64,000 bases of DNA. Origin: Vicinamibacterales bacterium (lineage in GTDB: Bacteria; Acidobacteriota; Vicinamibacteria; Vicinamibacterales; 2-12-FULL-66-21). The stretch spans positions 23,555-87,554 of the forward strand of contig DATJKH010000029.1 of the NCBI GenBank assembly GCA_035491715.1. The letters are read 5' to 3'. Made by a program: the position numbers and the translations under genes. Below, piece after piece: positions 8,432 to 17,019 of this stretch (position 1 is the first letter of the stretch; every line of letters starts with the position of its first letter). The notes under the pieces were generated by a model. It ran no database searches, was not told the DNA's origin, and was given only the letters and a program-made list of their open reading frames with translations.

Positions 8432-10861
8432 TTACTCGATCCGCAACGCAATAATCGGATCGATCCTCCCCGCGCGCAGCGCCGGCCACACGCACGCCTG
8501 AAGACCCGCGGCGAGAAGCACCACGGCCACGAGGGCGAACGCGATTGGGTCAAACGGCGACACGTTCCAAACCTGCCGCGCCAACAGACGCGCGCCAATC
8601 AGGCTCCCGGCCAGACCGATGGCCATGCCGATGAGCAGCAGGCGCGAACCGCGCGCAAGGATCATCGCAACGATTGATTTTGAACTCGCTCCGAGGGCCA
8701 TCCGTACGCCAATCTCCTGACGCTGCTGGGCGACCGCCGTCGCCATCACCCCGTAGACACCGATGACGGCGAGCACCAGTCCGATGAGCGCAAAAGCGGA
8801 AAGCAGGATCAGATTGAAACGCGGTGTCGAGAAGGCATCTTCCTTGAGCACAGTGTCCAGGGTCTTGACGTTCGTCACAGGTTGACTGCCATCGATTGCA
8901 TAGATCTGCGCCATGATTGGGCGCGTCAACGATGTTGGTTCAAGAGTCGTTCGCACGATGAGGACGTTCGAGGCACCGGTCAAAGAGTAAGGGAAGTAGA
9001 TTTCCGGCCTGGTTGGATTCGCGAGTCCGTCATTGGCGATGTCCTGGACGACGCCTACGACCTCGAAGGCATCGCTGGCGAGCTCAAATGGTCGCTCTTT
9101 GAGGCGTGGAAGATGGATGATCTGCCCGAGTGGGGGTCGTCCTTCGAAGCGCGCGCGGACGAACTGCTCGTTCACCACCGCAACCGCGCGCCGGCTCGTC
9201 ACGTCGGTTTGATCGATTGCCCGCCCGGACGCGAGGCGAATACCGAGAGCAGGCGTATAACCCGCATCGATCTGATGGACGACGACGGGGTCGGTGCTTG
9301 CCGCCGTGCCAGCGACGTCCGCCGTTGTCGACATGTTGCCGAGCGGGTGAAGCCACGTGTTCACTCCGGCCTCGGCGACACCGGGCACGATTCTCACTCT
9401 CGACAGCAGATCTTCAAAAAATGCAACCCGTCGAGTGGCGTCCGGGTATCGCTGCGGCGGCAGCGGAATGCGCATCGTCAAAAAGCGCTCCGGCTGATAT
9501 CCGAGATCAACGCGCGCCATTGCGACAAACGTGCGAATGAGCAGACTCGATCCCGCCAGCAGCATGAGCGAGAGCGCGACCTCGACGACGACGAGCGACT
9601 TTCGAAGCCGCGCTTGTCCCGAACTTCCTGACAGCGATCGACTGACTTCGCGCATCGAGGCCGCAAGATCCCGCCGTGAGCTGTGCAGCGCGGGCGCGAG
9701 GCCGCAGATGATGCTCGTCATCGCGCAAATGGCCAGCGTGAAGAAGAGCACCGATCGATTCAACGCAATCTCGGCCTCATCCGGGATCGTGTTTGGCGGC
9801 ACGATCGCGAGGATTGCTGGAAGTCCGGCATACGCGAGAGCGGATCCGATGGCGCCGGCAATCAGCGCAAGCAGCAGGCTTTCAGTGAGGAGCTGCCGCA
9901 CGAGGCGGCTGCGGCTTGCGCCGAGGGCAACGCGCACGCCCATTTCTTTCTGCCGCGCGGCCGCCTTCGACAAGAGCAGATTCGAGACGTTAGCGCAGGC
10001 GATGAGCAGGAGGAACGCGACAGCACCAAAGAGCACCCAGATGTCGCCGGTGATTCCGCTTGGGAATGTCTCAGTGAAGGGCAGCAGACTGACGCGAAAC
10101 TGTTGCGGAAACTCGTTCGGCTGCCGTTTTTTGAGATCCTCGATGATTGGTGCCAGGTCTGCCTCGGCCCGCGCGCCGGTAATTCCAGGTTTGAGCCGCC
10201 CGAGCAGGTGAACGTTGCGTACGCCTTCCACGATCTGTCCGCGCTGAAATCGTGTCGGGATGTAGACGTCCGCGCCGCGCCACATGAATCGCTTCGGCAT
10301 CACTCCAATGACGGTTCGAACGGTGTCGTTCAAACGCAGTTGCCGTCCAAGCACTCCTCGGTCGCCGCCGAACTGCCGCTGCCAGAAGCGATAGCCCAAC
10401 ACAACCACCGGGTCCGCACCCTCCTTCGCATCGTCCGCGCCTGGCGTTCGTCCGAGCAGCGGCGGCACACCCATGACGTCGAAGGTGTTGAATGTGCCGT
10501 GGTTCCCGCGCAGCCGTTGCGGGTCGCCCTCACCGGTCCACAGCACGTCACTGATGGTTGACGCGATTGTTCCTTCGAAAATCGTGTTGCGTTCTGCGAT
10601 CTCGAGGAACTGGTCGACCGAGTAGCCGAGTCGCCCGCCCCGTCCAGCGGGGTTGTAGACGCGCACGCTCATCAACTCGCCGACGTTCTTGTATGGGAAT
10701 GGATCGAGGACGACAGCATGGAGGACGCTGTAGATGGCCGTCGTCGCCATGATTCCAGTGGCCAGCGACAGGATGGCGAGCGCAGTAAAGCCGGGACTCT
10801 TCAGAAGGCTCCGTGTGCCGTACTGAATATCCCGTGCGAACGTTTCCACCCAGGTTCCCAT
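8432..10861 (-). CDS. ADOP-family duplicated MacB/FtsX-like permease (orphan, no adjacent ATPase)
   Basis: The N-terminus ..DIQYGTRSLLKSPGFTALAILSLATGI is typical. There are two MacB-periplasmic plus FtsX-like 4-TM halves, and the protein is 809 aa. Confidence 0.85.
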   Translation of the reverse strand: MGTWVETFARDIQYGTRSLLKSPGFTALAILSLATGIMATTAIYSVLHAVVLDPFPYKNVGELMSVRVYNPAGRGGRLGYSVDQFLEIAERNTIFEGTIASTISDVLWTGEGDPQRLRGNHGTFNTFDVMGVPPLLGRTPGADDAKEGADPVVVLGYRFWQRQFGGDRGVLGRQLRLNDTVRTVIGVMPKRFMWRGADVYIPTRFQRGQIVEGVRNVHLLGRLKPGITGARAEADLAPIIEDLKKRQPNEFPQQFRVSLLPFTETFPSGITGDIWVLFGAVAFLLLIACANVSNLLLSKAAARQKEMGVRVALGASRSRLVRQLLTESLLLALIAGAIGSALAYAGLPAILAIVPPNTIPDEAEIALNRSVLFFTLAICAMTSIICGLAPALHSSRRDLAASMREVSRSLSGSSGQARLRKSLVVVEVALSLMLLAGSSLLIRTFVAMARVDLGYQPERFLTMRIPLPPQRYPDATRRVAFFEDLLSRVRIVPGVAEAGVNTWLHPLGNMSTTADVAGTAASTDPVVVHQIDAGYTPALGIRLASGRAIDQTDVTSRRAVAVVNEQFVRARFEGRPPLGQIIHLPRLKERPFELASDAFEVVGVVQDIANDGLANPTRPEIYFPYSLTGASNVLIVRTTLEPTSLTRPIMAQIYAIDGSQPVTNVKTLDTVLKEDAFSTPRFNLILLSAFALIGLVLAVIGVYGVMATAVAQQRQEIGVRMALGASSKSIVAMILARGSRLLLIGMAIGLAGSLIGARLLARQVWNVSPFDPIAFALVAVVLLAAGLQACVWPALRAGRIDPIIALRIE

Positions 10862-10904
10862 GGAATGCTCCTCGTCACTGACAGCGCCGGTCGGGCTTGG
10901 TCGT

Positions 10905-10929
10905 GTAGGGCGCGGTCTTGGATCGCGTC
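10905..10929. repeat. REP-like palindromic element, degenerate copy
   Basis: GTAGGGCGCGGTCTTGGATCGCGTC compared with the family consensus TAGGGCGCGGTCTTcaGACCGCGcc. A partial TGTAGGACGGTCTCGC lies about 55 nt downstream. Confidence 0.5.
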
Positions 10930-11021
10930 TCCGTGCTTAGACGATCGCAGATGGGCCCGGGTTTGTAGGACGGTCTCGCTTCTCACATAAGATATCAGGT
11001 CGTGAAACGGTCCCCAGACGC

Positions 11022-11831
11022 ATGAAAACGGAACATGCCGTGGTCCTTGCGCGTGGGCTGGGCACGCGAATGCGCGCGCCGGACTCGTCAGCCGAATTGA
11101 CGCCAGAACAGCAACGAGCTGCCGACACCGGGATGAAGACGATGATGCCGGTGAACGGCCGCCCTTTTCTCGATTTCATCCTCGGTTCGTTGGCGGATGC
11201 GGATATCCGGTTCGTCGCCCTCGTGGTCGCGCCCGACCATGCGGCGCTGCGACGCTACTACGAAGCGGATGGGCGTCCGAGTCGTATCCGGTTGGACTTT
11301 GTCGTGCAGCCGGAGCCGCTCGGCACGGCTAATGCGGTGCTCGTTACCGAGCCGTGGGTCGACGGGAATCCATTTCTCGCAATGAATGCCGACAATCTGT
11401 ATCCGGCGTTGGCGCTCAGGCAGCTCACGTCACTGCAGGAACCTGGACTTCCTGCATTCGACGCCGCAGACCTTGTAGAGTCGAGCAACATTCCGCCTGA
11501 ACGAATTCGGTCGTTTGCGATTCTTCACGTCGACGAGCAGGGGTATCTGGTTGGGATTGTCGAAAAACCAGGAGACGTGCTGCCACCTGAAGGTGGAAGC
11601 CACATAAGCATGAATTGCTGGCGGTTCGATCGACGGATCTTCCAGGCCTGTCGCGACGTTCCGAGATCACAACGCGGAGAGTTCGAGTTGCCCGAAGCCG
11701 TAGGGCTGGCGGTACGGCAAGGCGTCAGATTCAAAACGTTCGTTGCCCGCGGGCCCGTCCTGGATCTCTCCACGCGCGCGGACGCCGCCGATGTTGCGCG
11801 GCGGCTCGCCTCGACAATCCCTCATCCATGA
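11022..11831 (+). CDS. sugar-1-phosphate nucleotidyltransferase (NTP-transferase fold)
   Basis: The N-terminal VVLARGLGTRMR corresponds to the G-x-G-T-R-(x)n signature. LGTANAV and the overall layout resemble small sugar nucleotidylyltransferases. Confidence 0.7.
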   Translation: MKTEHAVVLARGLGTRMRAPDSSAELTPEQQRAADTGMKTMMPVNGRPFLDFILGSLADADIRFVALVVAPDHAALRRYYEADGRPSRIRLDFVVQPEPLGTANAVLVTEPWVDGNPFLAMNADNLYPALALRQLTSLQEPGLPAFDAADLVESSNIPPERIRSFAILHVDEQGYLVGIVEKPGDVLPPEGGSHISMNCWRFDRRIFQACRDVPRSQRGEFELPEAVGLAVRQGVRFKTFVARGPVLDLSTRADAADVARRLASTIPHP

Positions 11832-13201
11832 CTGGCGCAGCGCTCGCCGCGTCGCTTGTTGCTCGTGGTCTTGGCGTCGACGAGCGACCGGCGAAACAAA
11901 CACTCTTCGATCTTGTTCTCACGCATCTCGATCATCTGGATCACAGCGTAAGTTCCAATTCGACCGGTTCAGATACATCAGCTTCCGTCCACGCATGGTG
12001 GATTCCCGGGCGGCTCGAGGTGTTTGGCACGCACACTGATTACGCGGGAGGCCACACCCTGGTGTGCGCCGTGCCGCGCGGCTTTGCGATCGTCGCCCGT
12101 CGCCGGATCGACAACGTTGTCCATGTCGTCGACGCTCTTCGCCAACAGGACGTGTCTCTCATCGCGGAGGACGTTCGCGACGGAGCCCATCAAGGATGGC
12201 GGCGCTACGTGGCGGCCGTCTGCCGTCGGCTGACGAAAAACTTTCCGGGTGCGCGGCTCGGTGCCGATATCGTACTCGCAAGCGATCTGCCGAGAGCATC
12301 GGGGATGAGCAGTTCGAGTGCACTGGTGATCGGCGTGGCGACGGCACTGGCGGCAGCCGGATCGCTCAGGAGCCGGGACGAGTGGCAGCGCAACATTCAT
12401 GGCGCGCAGGACGAAGCCGGCTATTACGCATGCATCGAGAATGGCCTGTCGTTTGGCTCTCTGCATGGTGACGCCGGAGTCGGCACGCACGGTGGCAGCG
12501 AGGATCACGCTGCGATTCTTACCGGAACCGCCGGACATCTTTCTGCCTTCACGTTCGTGCCGATGCGCCCGCGGGAGGTTGTTCCAATGCCCCCTTCCTG
12601 GCGCTTCGTCTTGACGCCGAGCGGCGTCGCCGCCCAGAAGGCCGGCGTTGCTCGCGACGCCTACAATCGTCTCGCCGACGGCACGCATTTCCTGCTCGAA
12701 CTCTGGAATCAAGAATCGGAGCAGCAGGCGATTTCGCTCCGAGCCGCGCTGAAGATGGACGGCGCGGACACGCTTGACTGGAATCGCGTCGAGCAGCTAC
12801 GACAGTTGATCGGCCGGTCGAAGGCGGCTAACCGGGAGGAAGAACTGATGGAGCGGCTTCTCCATTTCGTGCGCGAGGATTTTCGCACGATCGAGAGTAT
12901 CGATGCGTTCCGGCAGAGCGACCAGCCTCGGATAGGTCAACTCGCGGATGACTCGCAGTCTGATGCCGACGTCTTCCTGGGCAATCAGATCCCCGAAACC
13001 ATTGCGCTGGCTGCCAGCGCGCGCAAGCTCGGTGCATTTGCTGCGCGCAGCTTCGGCGCCGGATTTGGAGGCAGCGTGTGGGCGCTGGTCGAGGCAGACC
13101 GAGCGCAGGAGTTCGCGCGCAGGTGGAGTGCTCAGGCGTTTGTCGCGACGCCCGGACCACCGTTGATTGAACTCACTGATTATCCCGGTGCGAGTGAGTG
13201 A
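11828..13201 (+). CDS. GHMP-family sugar kinase (galactokinase-like)
   Basis: The galactokinase-type block PGRLEVFGTHTDYAGG and the GHMP ATP motif PRASGMSSSSAL are present. I chose the in-frame ATG that overlaps the upstream stop (ATGA) rather than the ORF-track start at 11615. Confidence 0.75.
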   Translation: MTGAALAASLVARGLGVDERPAKQTLFDLVLTHLDHLDHSVSSNSTGSDTSASVHAWWIPGRLEVFGTHTDYAGGHTLVCAVPRGFAIVARRRIDNVVHVVDALRQQDVSLIAEDVRDGAHQGWRRYVAAVCRRLTKNFPGARLGADIVLASDLPRASGMSSSSALVIGVATALAAAGSLRSRDEWQRNIHGAQDEAGYYACIENGLSFGSLHGDAGVGTHGGSEDHAAILTGTAGHLSAFTFVPMRPREVVPMPPSWRFVLTPSGVAAQKAGVARDAYNRLADGTHFLLELWNQESEQQAISLRAALKMDGADTLDWNRVEQLRQLIGRSKAANREEELMERLLHFVREDFRTIESIDAFRQSDQPRIGQLADDSQSDADVFLGNQIPETIALAASARKLGAFAARSFGAGFGGSVWALVEADRAQEFARRWSAQAFVATPGPPLIELTDYPGASE

Positions 13202-15723
13202 ATGTCGTTGAGGATTCCCGCCGCAGTCACCGCAGCGCCTGCGCCTGGCCCGCTAATGACGAGCGGCTCAGTACGATATCGCCTCGTCGTGAATGCCACG
13301 AGATTCCGGGTCCCCGTGAGCGCGCCGATCGGACTGCTCGAATCGACGGCGACCAACCGCGCTGAAACGGATTTGGGTGTTGCCGTGACGACGTAGCGCA
13401 GCACGCGGCCGCGACTTGCCTCTCGTTCGGTCCGCGCGGCCCATTCGCGGTCCAGATCAGGAAGTCGCTTCATGAATTGCGCAGGCGTGAGGCCTCTCAT
13501 CGATCGCGGAACGAGATCGTCTGGCTTGGGCGCAGGGCCACGGTAACCAAGCAGCCGCGCCAGGATCAAAGCTTTTCGCCCGGCGTCGGCGCCAGAAAGA
13601 TCGTCGCGCGGATCGGGTTCGGCGTATCCGCGCTCGACCGCCTCGCGTACCGCTTCGGAAAACGGGCGCCCGGCCGATACCGCTGACGCGACATGCATCA
13701 AGGTGCCGCTGACGCATCCTTCGACGCGCAGCACGCGGTCGCCACTCTCGACCAGCTTGTAGTAGGTGTCGATGATCGGCAAGCCGGCACCAACGGTCGC
13801 CTCGTACTTGAGTCTTGGGCCGCCCGGCGTGCATGCCGACATGAGACGTTCATAGTTCGCCCACGACTGGGTGAGAGGCTTCTTGTTCGCCAGCACCACG
13901 TCGAATCCCTGACCGAGTGCCGTTTGCAGGAGGTCTGCTGTTTCACCGCTCGTGACATCGACCAACACGGGGCGGGAGACCGCGTGGCTTGCGATGGTCG
14001 CCAGGGCTTCCTGCGCTGATGCGCGCCGGCCTCCGAGCGTGGCAATCAATGCACCTTCATACTTCTCCCGCGTCAGCGTGGTGAGCCGTCGGCGTGACAG
14101 ACCCCGCGGCTCGAAGATGTAACCCGAACGATCCATCAGCCCGACGACCTTTACGCCTGAATCCCCGCTTGCGGCGGCAATATGGTCGGCGAGCGCGCGG
14201 CCGACGTTACCGAATCCGAGCAGCACGACATCGGTCCGCGGTGCAGCCAGGGGACGACCACCTCCGATTTTCGAAAGCTGGAAGGCCGAGTGGACGGCGC
14301 GCACTGCCTCTGGCGCGTCGCCGGCGTTGACCGCAAATGAGATGTTCCGCTCGGAGGAGCCCTGCGCAATAGCAACGACGTTGATGCTCCTCGCGGCGAG
14401 TGCGGAGAACACCCGTGCGGCGATGCCGGGCGCACCTGCCATGCCGTCGCCGACCACCGCGACAACGGCGATACCCGGCCGGGCGCTGACGTTATCGATG
14501 ACGCCGCTGGCGAGTTCCTCCTTGAATGCCGCCCGGACCGCCTGAACCCCGCGCGCAGCTTCCCCCTCGGGGACGGTAAAACCGATGGAGCTTTCAGACG
14601 ACGCCTGGAAGATGGTCGAGACCGACAATCGCTCCGCATCGACTGCGGCGAATGTGCGCGCCGCGATGCCGTGCACGCCAACCATCCCTTTGCCGGCGAC
14701 GGTCACGATCGCCTGACCGTGAACGATGGCCAGCGCCTTGACCGGATATCCTTCGATGCCTCGTTGCGCCGAGACTTCGGTGCCCGGCGACGTCGGGTTC
14801 AGGAATGACCGGACGTGAAGACCAACACGCGTACCCGCGATCGGGATGAGCGCGCGTGGGTGAAGCACCTTCGCACCGTAGTGCGCGACCTCGGCGGCTT
14901 CCCGGTGATGTAAGCGCGAGAGCAGACGCGCGTCGGGCACCAGCCGAGGATCGGCGGTGAGTATCCCGGGCACGTCTTTCCACAGAACGACCTGACGGGC
15001 GCCGAGCGACCGGCCGAGTAAGGTCGCCGTGAGATCCGATCCGCCACGCCCCAGCGTGGCGACGCTGCCGTCTGGTGAGCGACCGATATAGCCCGGAACG
15101 ACCGGTATGATGCCGCGCTGAAGCAAGGGGCGCAGCATTCGTCGCGCGCCGCTCGTGGTCCGTGCAAGGTCCGGTGCGGCGCCGCCGTGCTGCCCATCGG
15201 TCACGATGAAATCGGTCGCGTCCACGTATGCCGCGCGCCGGCGATTGATCGAGAGTGTTTCGGCCACTACCGCCGCCGACATCCGCTCGCCGCGCGACAC
15301 GAGCAGATCCGTCGTCCGTGCGTCGAGATGACCAAGCACCGCAACCGCCGCGCAGAGGTCGCGGTATTGGCGTGCCGCGTCATCGATCGTCGCCAGCAGC
15401 GCCCGCCGCCTTCTGCCCGACGGCAGCAGCGCTTTGACCGCCTGACGATGACGTTGAAGAAAGGCGGATGCGCGCGCGGCCGCATCGTTCGCTGCTCCCG
15501 TCGATGCCTGCTGTGCGCCGCCAAGTAAGAGATCCGTGATCCCGGCGAGTGCCGACGCGACGATCACGAGCGGGCCGTCGTGGGAGGCGATGAGCGCTGC
15601 CGCGCGCTCGATGGCGGCCGCATCCGCGAGCGATGCGCCGCCGAACTTCCAGACTTCAAGTGGGGGGGGTGAGCTGTTGCGACTTCTTTTTGGCATCGAG
15701 GATGTGCGACTCTTCTTCGGCAT
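13180..15723 (-). CDS. thrA: bifunctional aspartokinase / homoserine dehydrogenase
   Basis: N-terminal VWKFGGASL aspartokinase start, central ACT-like repeats, and a C-terminal homoserine dehydrogenase region (VVLLGFGNVGRAL ... ). The protein is 847 aa. Confidence 0.85.
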   Translation of the reverse strand: MPKKSRTSSMPKRSRNSSPPPLEVWKFGGASLADAAAIERAAALIASHDGPLVIVASALAGITDLLLGGAQQASTGAANDAAARASAFLQRHRQAVKALLPSGRRRRALLATIDDAARQYRDLCAAVAVLGHLDARTTDLLVSRGERMSAAVVAETLSINRRRAAYVDATDFIVTDGQHGGAAPDLARTTSGARRMLRPLLQRGIIPVVPGYIGRSPDGSVATLGRGGSDLTATLLGRSLGARQVVLWKDVPGILTADPRLVPDARLLSRLHHREAAEVAHYGAKVLHPRALIPIAGTRVGLHVRSFLNPTSPGTEVSAQRGIEGYPVKALAIVHGQAIVTVAGKGMVGVHGIAARTFAAVDAERLSVSTIFQASSESSIGFTVPEGEAARGVQAVRAAFKEELASGVIDNVSARPGIAVVAVVGDGMAGAPGIAARVFSALAARSINVVAIAQGSSERNISFAVNAGDAPEAVRAVHSAFQLSKIGGGRPLAAPRTDVVLLGFGNVGRALADHIAAASGDSGVKVVGLMDRSGYIFEPRGLSRRRLTTLTREKYEGALIATLGGRRASAQEALATIASHAVSRPVLVDVTSGETADLLQTALGQGFDVVLANKKPLTQSWANYERLMSACTPGGPRLKYEATVGAGLPIIDTYYKLVESGDRVLRVEGCVSGTLMHVASAVSAGRPFSEAVREAVERGYAEPDPRDDLSGADAGRKALILARLLGYRGPAPKPDDLVPRSMRGLTPAQFMKRLPDLDREWAARTEREASRGRVLRYVVTATPKSVSARLVAVDSSSPIGALTGTRNLVAFTTRRYRTEPLVISGPGAGAAVTAAGILNDIHSLAPG

Positions 15724-15729
15724 CTAAAC

Positions 15730-15755
15730 GTAGGGCGCGATCTTTAGACCGCGAC
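15730..15755. repeat. REP-like palindromic element (imperfect stem)
   Basis: GTAGGGCGCGATCTTTAGACCGCGAC lies in the 35-nt gap between two minus-strand genes. Confidence 0.55.
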
Positions 15756-15758
15756 GAG

Positions 15759-16274
15759 TTATTCGAGCTGCAGCGGCTCTGGCTCCTCGATGTCGGACGC
15801 GGGTGTTGGCAGTTCCATCAACAGCCTCGCGCACGCGTTCCATCGCAGCAGGGAATCGTCGTTGTGCGCCGGCCGGACCGCTTCCGCCCGTTCGTAGAAC
15901 GTCATCGCTTCACGTAGCCATTCGACCGCGACGGTCGCGGCCCCGAACCGATCGCGCTGCAGGATCGCTTTGGCGCGCCGCTCACGAATGATCCCGGCAT
16001 AGTACGCGCGGTCGTACGGTGTGCCCAGCCTGGTCGCGAGCTCGTTGGCGCGCGCCGCCGTCTTCGACGACGAATCGTGGGGGAACTGGTCGGTCAGCGC
16101 GAGGAGCATCATCACGAGTGCGTCCTCGTTCTGTGGATCCACCTGCAGGATATCGAGACAGATGCTTTCCGCCTCGCCTGGCTCGTTGAGCAGCCGGTAT
16201 CGTTCCGCCTTGGCCAGTGCGCCCGGCACCGCCTCTCTCGACATTGGTTTCAGGTCGAACCTGTCCATAGTCAC
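15759..16274 (-). CDS. hypothetical all-helical (TPR-like) protein downstream of sdhB
   Basis: A 171-aa ORF whose start lies 1 nt after the sdhB stop (16274 versus 16276). I recognised no catalytic motif. The helical-repeat character is judged by eye. Confidence 0.5.
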   Translation of the reverse strand: MTMDRFDLKPMSREAVPGALAKAERYRLLNEPGEAESICLDILQVDPQNEDALVMMLLALTDQFPHDSSSKTAARANELATRLGTPYDRAYYAGIIRERRAKAILQRDRFGAATVAVEWLREAMTFYERAEAVRPAHNDDSLLRWNACARLLMELPTPASDIEEPEPLQLE

Positions 16275-16275
16275 C

Positions 16276-17019
16276 TCACGTGCGAAACACCCGCAGCAGC
16301 TTTGTGATCGGATCGTAGAAGCGATCGACGACCCGCTCTTTCAGCGGGATGATGGCATTCTCTGTGATCGTGATGTGCTCGGGGCAGACTTTTGTGCAGC
16401 AGCGCGTGATATTGCAATAGCCGATTCCGTGGCTGTTCCGCAGGGCCGGCACGCGATCGGCGGCGTCGATCGGGTTCATTTCGAGCGCAGCCGCATAGGT
16501 CAGGAATCGCGGCCCGATGAACTTGTCGTGCAGTTGGTGGTCGCGCAGGATATGGCAGACGTCCTGGCACAGGAAGCATTCGATGCATTTGCGGAATTCC
16601 TGGACGCGATCGATATCGGCCTGGCGCATCCGCCATGTGCCATCCGGCGCGTCGGCCGGACGCGGGGCGAACGGCGCAATGGCTTTCTTCACCTGAAAGT
16701 TCCACGAGACGTCGGTGACCAGATCTTTGATCGGCGGGAACGCGCGCATCGGCTCGACGGTCACCGGCTGGTCCATCGGCAGCGTGCTGAGACGAGTCAT
16801 ACACATCAGCTTTGGACTGCCGTTGATTTCCGCGGAGCACGATCCGCACTTGCCGGCCTTGCAGTTCCACCGCACGGCAAGATCCGGCGCCTGCGTCGCC
16901 TGAATCTGGTGAACCGCGTCGAGCACGACCATGCCGGGCACCGGCGTCACCGAATAGTCGCGAAACTCGCCGCCAGTGGCTCCGTCGCTTCGCCAGATCT
17001 TGAAGGTGGCGCTGCTCAT
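16276..17019 (-). CDS. sdhB: succinate dehydrogenase / fumarate reductase iron-sulfur subunit
   Basis: 2Fe-2S block CKAGKCGSCS and 4Fe-4S/3Fe-4S blocks CIECFLCQDVC and CTKVCP. Confidence 0.9.
   Translation of the reverse strand: MSSATFKIWRSDGATGGEFRDYSVTPVPGMVVLDAVHQIQATQAPDLAVRWNCKAGKCGSCSAEINGSPKLMCMTRLSTLPMDQPVTVEPMRAFPPIKDLVTDVSWNFQVKKAIAPFAPRPADAPDGTWRMRQADIDRVQEFRKCIECFLCQDVCHILRDHQLHDKFIGPRFLTYAAALEMNPIDAADRVPALRNSHGIGYCNITRCCTKVCPEHITITENAIIPLKERVVDRFYDPITKLLRVFRT

Noticed and set aside
13180-13201. Convergent gene overlaps (13180-13201, 22653-22689, 62692-62732, 51136-51139), considered as possible antisense-regulation modules.
   Set aside because: Short 3'-end overlaps are common in compact G+C-rich genomes, and stop positions depend only on the first in-frame stop. 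There is no additional structure to support a regulatory role.
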